The position numbers and the translations under genes are program-made. The notes under the pieces were generated by a model. It did no database searches. It was not told the origin of the DNA and was given only the letters and a program-made list of their open reading frames with translations. From an uncultured virus (IMG/VR IMGVR_UViG_3300025840_000026) (taxonomy: Duplodnaviria; Heunggongvirae; Uroviricota; Caudoviricetes), in IMG/VR virus record IMGVR_UViG_3300025840_000026: a stretch of 64,000 bases of DNA; one strand, given 5' to 3'. Shown piece by piece: positions 59,555 through 64,000 of this stretch (its first letter is position 1; the number at the start of each line of letters is the position of its first letter).

Positions 59555-60994
59555 ATGAAATCTTTCTCACAGTTCACAAACATAGATATTTCAGAGGTAA
59601 AGTTAAATCTACCTAAGGTCAAACCTATATCTATTTTTGAGGCTGCAGACCCATTCAACATTGCAATAGTCAATCCTGAAGATTTCAAATTAATTCCAAA
59701 CACACCAAAAGCAAATCTTTCAGATTTAGAAAAACTTTTAAGTAAATTTTCTTATGTAAATAGTGTTCCATTAGCAGCACAACCTAGTGGTAAAAAATTT
59801 AAAGTAAGAACAAAGGACTCTGAGACACAGGAAAGAGTTAGAACATGGATTAAAGATAATGCACCTGACTTAGCACCATTTATAGGATTTGGAAGTGGTT
59901 CTATTGGTTCAGGTGGTAGTGCTAAGATTCATGAAAACACACAAGAATTAATGGTTGCATGTCTTGTATATTTGGGTCAGAAGTATGGGACTGTTGCACA
60001 TCCCAAGACCAACGAAATTATAGAAAATGCTAAAAGTGTTTTTTTAAAGATAGAAGGGTCTAAAGATAGAATAGAACTATTAGACCAATTTGCAGAAAAT
60101 TATAATGACCTTGCAACTGCTATATCATCATCAAATGCAATTTTAGATATTGTCGGAAAACCATCAAAGGTTTTTTGGACAGGAAAGGGGTGGTCAAGTG
60201 AAATTGCACCATTTAATCCACCCATGGGAAATATTAAAGACTACAACTCTTCTGATATAGTTGTATTAGGTAGTGACAAAATTTATTATGGGTTTTCTCT
60301 AAAGAAAAAGGGTTCTTCTAAAGATGCTGACCCTACACTCATTAACAAACCCATTACAGGTAGTAAGTCATTCTTAAAGGATGTGTTAAGTGCAAAAGAC
60401 TTGGATACAATAGAGAAAGCTAAAGAAGACTTCTTTGATTTAGTTATAAAAAAACACTACAAAAAAGACCCCAAAAAGATAGATGAAAGAGAAAAATCTA
60501 AAATGATTGGTCAGATATCTCAAGTTAAAATGGGAGAGTATCTAAAATCACCTGATAATCTATTTTTTAAAACAGCTGATACTATAGTGAGAAAGGGGGG
60601 TGGAAAGGAATTTGCACTTGCCTTTATGGAACAGATTTTTAGAACAAAACTTTCTAAGATTGAACAAGCAGGACAATTTAAGTTTTATCTCTTAACAGGT
60701 ATAGGAAAAAACGGTGCTAACGAACTTAGTATTGAAGATGCAGAAGTTAAAGACCTTCCAAAGACCATAGAATCTTTGAGTAGGGTTTTTAAGGTAGGAG
60801 TAAAAACAGTAGTAACATCAGGAAAAAAACAAGCATGGGATAAGGGTGCAGGTGCAGCTAAAATATTCCATTCAATTGTAGCAGGTAATACTTCATTAGT
60901 TGACATTGAAGTTAGATATAAAGGAAGTTATACTGCAAACCCACAATTCCAAGCCACAGCAACTGCAAACTTTAAAAAATTATTTAAGAGTTAA
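59555..60994 (+). CDS. Hypothetical late protein, possible PD-(D/E)xK-like nuclease fold
   Basis: Start MKSFSQF 5 nt after CATAAATA; ENTQE...SSDIVV...YGFSLKKK motif. Confidence 0.5.
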   Translation: MKSFSQFTNIDISEVKLNLPKVKPISIFEAADPFNIAIVNPEDFKLIPNTPKANLSDLEKLLSKFSYVNSVPLAAQPSGKKFKVRTKDSETQERVRTWIKDNAPDLAPFIGFGSGSIGSGGSAKIHENTQELMVACLVYLGQKYGTVAHPKTNEIIENAKSVFLKIEGSKDRIELLDQFAENYNDLATAISSSNAILDIVGKPSKVFWTGKGWSSEIAPFNPPMGNIKDYNSSDIVVLGSDKIYYGFSLKKKGSSKDADPTLINKPITGSKSFLKDVLSAKDLDTIEKAKEDFFDLVIKKHYKKDPKKIDEREKSKMIGQISQVKMGEYLKSPDNLFFKTADTIVRKGGGKEFALAFMEQIFRTKLSKIEQAGQFKFYLLTGIGKNGANELSIEDAEVKDLPKTIESLSRVFKVGVKTVVTSGKKQAWDKGAGAAKIFHSIVAGNTSLVDIEVRYKGSYTANPQFQATATANFKKLFKS

Positions 60995-60997
60995 AAT

Positions 60998-61618
60998 ATG
61001 TATGAATTAGTTGAAGAAGCAAGTAAGGTTCTAAGAACCCCACCACAACTATTTGACTTTGAAACAAGGACTGATGCAGAAGAGATTGCATCTAAGTTAA
61101 AGGAAGCTATGCAAAGATTTGGTGGTATTGGTCTTTCTGCAAATCAGGTAGGAATTGATGCAAGGGTCTTTGTGATGAAATCCGAAGACAAGGGTGTTGT
61201 AGCATTCTTCAACCCTGAATTAAAAAGAGTTTCACAAGACACAGACTTGATGAAAGAGGGGTGTCTTTCCTTTCCTGATGTATACCTCATGATTAAAAGG
61301 TCAAAAGTAGTAGAACTAGACTACCAAGATGAGAAAGGAGAAAAACATACACTAGTATTAGATGGACTTGCAGCTAGATGTGTTCAACATGAAATAGACC
61401 ACTTAAATGGTATTCTTTTTCTTCAGAGAGCATCTAGACTGAAACTTGAAAGGGCTCTTAAATCTAGACCCAAAGAACAAAGAAAAAGAATTGAATATGA
61501 AAAACGAATGGCAATTGCAAAATACATCCAATCCCAATCCAATTTGGGAAGTTCCGAACCTGCTGTCGGAGAATCAGTGCAGGAAACTGATACAGTGGTT
61601 CAGAACACACAAGCATAA
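60998..61618 (+). CDS. def: Peptide deformylase
   Basis: GIGLSANQVG; EGCLS; QHEIDHLNG. Confidence 0.93.
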   Translation: MYELVEEASKVLRTPPQLFDFETRTDAEEIASKLKEAMQRFGGIGLSANQVGIDARVFVMKSEDKGVVAFFNPELKRVSQDTDLMKEGCLSFPDVYLMIKRSKVVELDYQDEKGEKHTLVLDGLAARCVQHEIDHLNGILFLQRASRLKLERALKSRPKEQRKRIEYEKRMAIAKYIQSQSNLGSSEPAVGESVQETDTVVQNTQA

Positions 61619-62141
61619 GATATCAGTAGGTTCAGATAAAGACTATTATGGAATACAAAAATTCCATATCTTCAATCCTGAAGTCAGAGATATCTTAAAC
61701 AAAGTTGAGTTTGATGTAGTTTCAGAAATCTTTGCAAAGACTGGTGCAAGGATGTATCCAACTATGACAAACATCAATGAGTGGTTCATAGGGGGTGTTC
61801 AAGAACCTCATTTAGATACTTATACTAATCAAGAGATACTACATGGTCTAGACCAAACCCCACCTGAATTTCCAAATAGAGAATGGACTACTATTGTAAA
61901 TCTTAATACAGACTTCAATGGTGGTGAAACATATTTCCCTAATGAAAACTATACTGTAACACCTGAAACAGGAAAAGCTTCAATATTCCAAGGTATACAC
62001 CATGACCATGGTGTCAACAAAGTATATCAAGGATGCAGATACACTGTGTCTATATGGTTTTCAGGAGACATAAACAACATGTTGTCTAATAGAATGACAA
62101 ATGATTTGTCTCTAACCTACCTAAATTTAAAAAATTATTAA
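61497..62141 (+). CDS. 2OG-Fe(II) oxygenase overlapping the 3' end of def
   Basis: EVPNLLSENQC; PHLD; LNTDFNGGETYF; HDHGVNKVYQGCRYTVSIW. Start codon uncertain. Confidence 0.8.
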   Translation: MKNEWQLQNTSNPNPIWEVPNLLSENQCRKLIQWFRTHKHKISVGSDKDYYGIQKFHIFNPEVRDILNKVEFDVVSEIFAKTGARMYPTMTNINEWFIGGVQEPHLDTYTNQEILHGLDQTPPEFPNREWTTIVNLNTDFNGGETYFPNENYTVTPETGKASIFQGIHHDHGVNKVYQGCRYTVSIWFSGDINNMLSNRMTNDLSLTYLNLKNY

Positions 62142-62181
62142 ACTTTTTTAAAAAATCCCCTAAAATCAACACCTTAGAGAC

Positions 62182-62211
62182 TTGACAATGGGTCTCACTT
62201 TTTCGTATACT
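62182..62211 (+). promoter_or_regulatory. Early sigma70-type promoter TTGACA-N18-TATACT
   Basis: TTGACAATGGGTCTCACTTTTTCGTATACT. Confidence 0.8.
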
Positions 62212-62239
62212 AATAGAGTAGTAAAGAAAAGGAGAAAAT

Positions 62240-62443
62240 ATGTCAAATCTAGCAAACGACCAAATCGTAGAAAGGGCTATTTCTGATGCAGAAACAGTAG
62301 TAGCAAGAATGTCTGATACCAAAGTAGAACAAGTTGGTTTTGTTAACTACGGTGTCAAAGGTATTAACAGAGGTTATTTAATAGCCAAAATTGCAAAAAC
62401 TTTCTACAATGAATACATGGAGGCACCAACACCCCATGGTTAA
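62240..62443 (+). CDS. Small early hypothetical protein
   Basis: AAGGAG RBS directly after the early promoter. Confidence 0.65.
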   Translation: MSNLANDQIVERAISDAETVVARMSDTKVEQVGFVNYGVKGINRGYLIAKIAKTFYNEYMEAPTPHG

Positions 62444-62621
62444 GTATCTGAAAGAAATCACCAAGTGGGATGAGGATATCCCCAACCACACTTATATGGT
62501 GGATGAAAAAGGTAACCTTGTTGGTTACATCAAAACTGGAACTAAAGAGGAGATTATCTTTAAATCTCCAATGAAACAGTTCTCCAAATCCCATAGAAAA
62601 TTTATTGAACTCAAGGGTTGA
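62436..62621 (+). CDS. Small early hypothetical protein
   Basis: MVKYLKEITKWDEDIPNHTY...FSKSHRKF. Confidence 0.6.
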   Translation: MVKYLKEITKWDEDIPNHTYMVDEKGNLVGYIKTGTKEEIIFKSPMKQFSKSHRKFIELKG

Positions 62622-62647
62622 CAATGACCCTCACTTTTTTATATACT
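62618..62647 (+). promoter_or_regulatory. Early sigma70-type promoter TTGACA-N18-TATACT (second copy)
   Basis: TTGACAATGACCCTCACTTTTTTATATACT. Confidence 0.8.
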
Positions 62648-62653
62648 TAAAAC

Positions 62654-64000
62654 ATGATGAATGAAACACTAAAAAACCAAAAAGACACTCTTGCAAAATT
62701 AATGGCAACTGAAAACCTTACAGTTGTTCATAAGAAAATACAAACTGCATACTTCGATGTTAAGAATAGGATACTTGCTTGTCCTATCTTTAAAGAAGAC
62801 ATGTCTCCTGAACTCTATGACTTGTTCATGGGTCATGAAGTAGGACATGCCCTTCACACTCCACTAGAAGGTCTACATTCAACTCTAACAGAGAACAAGA
62901 CCCTAAAGGGTTACCTCAATGTGATTGAAGATGTAAGGATTGAGAGTGCAATTAAAAACAAATTTACAGGTCTTAGAAAGTCATTCTTTAAAGCTTACAA
63001 TGAATTAATGGATATTGACTTCTTCCAATTAAAAGGAAGAAACTTAGAAGAACTTTCATTGATTGATAAAATCAACTTGATTACTAAAGTTGGTTCTAGG
63101 GTTAACATCAACCTTACTGATGAAGAACAAGTCTTTCTTGACATGGCATATGAATGTAAGACTTGGGAAGATGTTGTAGAATGTGCAAAAGCAATTTATG
63201 AATGGTCTAAAGAGAATGAGACTAGGGATGAAAATGATGAGTCAATCGTTCCCACATCTTATCAGTATGATGAATCTGACTTTGATGAAGATGAAATGGA
63301 AGAGTATGATGAATCTGACTTTGATGAAGAGGATGATGATACTGAAAACACTTCAGGTGAATCTGAACTAACTGATTCTCTTCCTGACATTGACACTTCA
63401 GAAATGAAGGACACTGGTGAGTCAGTAGAGACAGAAGTAGATGAAGATGAAGACATCAAAAACACTGGTGAAAAAAGAGACGGTGGAGCAGGTGCAAATC
63501 AGTTTGATGATGATGACGGTGCAAGGGAAGCTCTGACTGAACACTATGCACATGAGAATGAAGAAATGTTTATTTCTGAAAATGCAGCTGTCAGAACTCA
63601 TCTTAATATGAAAGATGTCTATAAAGAACTAGATGTAGAAAAAATTGTAGTTCCTTACAAAAAAGTTCTTTCTGACTGGTCAAGATTTTGGGTAAAACAT
63701 GAGAATGGTCGCATAACTCAAGACGATGACATCATTCTTGGTCTTAAAAGAGCAAAACATACTGCAAAAAAAATTCAAAACAAAAACAAAAAAGTTGTCA
63801 TGCATATGGCAAAAGAATTTGAAATGAGACAGACTGCATTGAAAAGTGTCAAAGCTTATCAAGGTAAAACTGGTAAGTTAGATATGAATCTACTTGCAAA
63901 ATATCAGATTGTTGATGATGTATTCAAAAGAGCAACTTATCTTCCTGAAGGTAAGAATCATGGTATTACTGTTCTACTTGATTGGTCAGGTTCTATTAGT
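62654..64000 (+). CDS. Metallopeptidase-like plus vWA (CobT-like) protein, 3'-truncated; absent from the ORF track
   Basis: MMNETLKNQKDTLAKLMATENL...TAYFDVKNR...GHEVGHAL...NVIEDVRIE; long acidic linker; window ends in VLLDWSGSIS (MIDAS DxSxS). Confidence 0.8.
   Translation, partial: MMNETLKNQKDTLAKLMATENLTVVHKKIQTAYFDVKNRILACPIFKEDMSPELYDLFMGHEVGHALHTPLEGLHSTLTENKTLKGYLNVIEDVRIESAIKNKFTGLRKSFFKAYNELMDIDFFQLKGRNLEELSLIDKINLITKVGSRVNINLTDEEQVFLDMAYECKTWEDVVECAKAIYEWSKENETRDENDESIVPTSYQYDESDFDEDEMEEYDESDFDEEDDDTENTSGESELTDSLPDIDTSEMKDTGESVETEVDEDEDIKNTGEKRDGGAGANQFDDDDGAREALTEHYAHENEEMFISENAAVRTHLNMKDVYKELDVEKIVVPYKKVLSDWSRFWVKHENGRITQDDDIILGLKRAKHTAKKIQNKNKKVVMHMAKEFEMRQTALKSVKAYQGKTGKLDMNLLAKYQIVDDVFKRATYLPEGKNHGITVLLDWSGSIS

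Noticed and set aside
2332..63862. Minus-strand ORFs in the track (e.g. 20012-20476, 25585-26193, 30275-30907, 44946-45443, 49686-50186)
   Set aside because: Antisense to well-supported + strand genes and explained by codon bias; no recognisable motifs.
1..64000. tRNA genes or stop-codon reassignment
   Set aside because: No cloverleaf with a T-loop consensus was noticed in the short intergenic gaps. Core genes translate full-length in the standard code and end in TAA, TAG or TGA.

Overview
AT-rich 64-kb segment of a T4-like myovirus genome, resembling marine T4-like phages; the host cannot be determined from this window. Essentially all genes are on the + strand. Gene order: baseplate (gp48 partial, gp53, hub, gp5, gp25, gp6, gp7, gp8, VrlC-like), a ~18-kb fibre/accessory region, neck and packaging (gp13-17), tail and head (gp18-23), gp3, uvsY, uvsW, gp55, gp47, gp46, peptide deformylase, then the start of an early region. 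The most striking result is in the fibre region. Two adjacent gene pairs (21048-23087 and 31137-33163) encode Pro/Tyr/Gln/Arg repeat proteins built from even-length units of two classes ('PYIANA'-type and 'PFTY'-type). In each pair the unit string of the second protein is the reverse of the first in unit length and, apart from a few atypical terminal or long units, opposite in class: 34 units (280 aa) in one pair and 24 units (186 aa) in the other. This looks like a protein-level 'reverse-complement' code for long antiparallel two-chain beta-ribbons capping tail fibres. Nearby are candidate modifying enzymes: a glycosyltransferase, 2OG-Fe(II) oxygenases, an amidinotransferase, and a PRMT-like methyltransferase wedged between the terminase subunit genes. 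Also seen: strict codon-context bias at Gly-Pro and Pro-Gly pairs (a restriction-avoidance signature) and apparently leaderless mRNAs. All family calls come from motif recognition by eye; no database searches were run.
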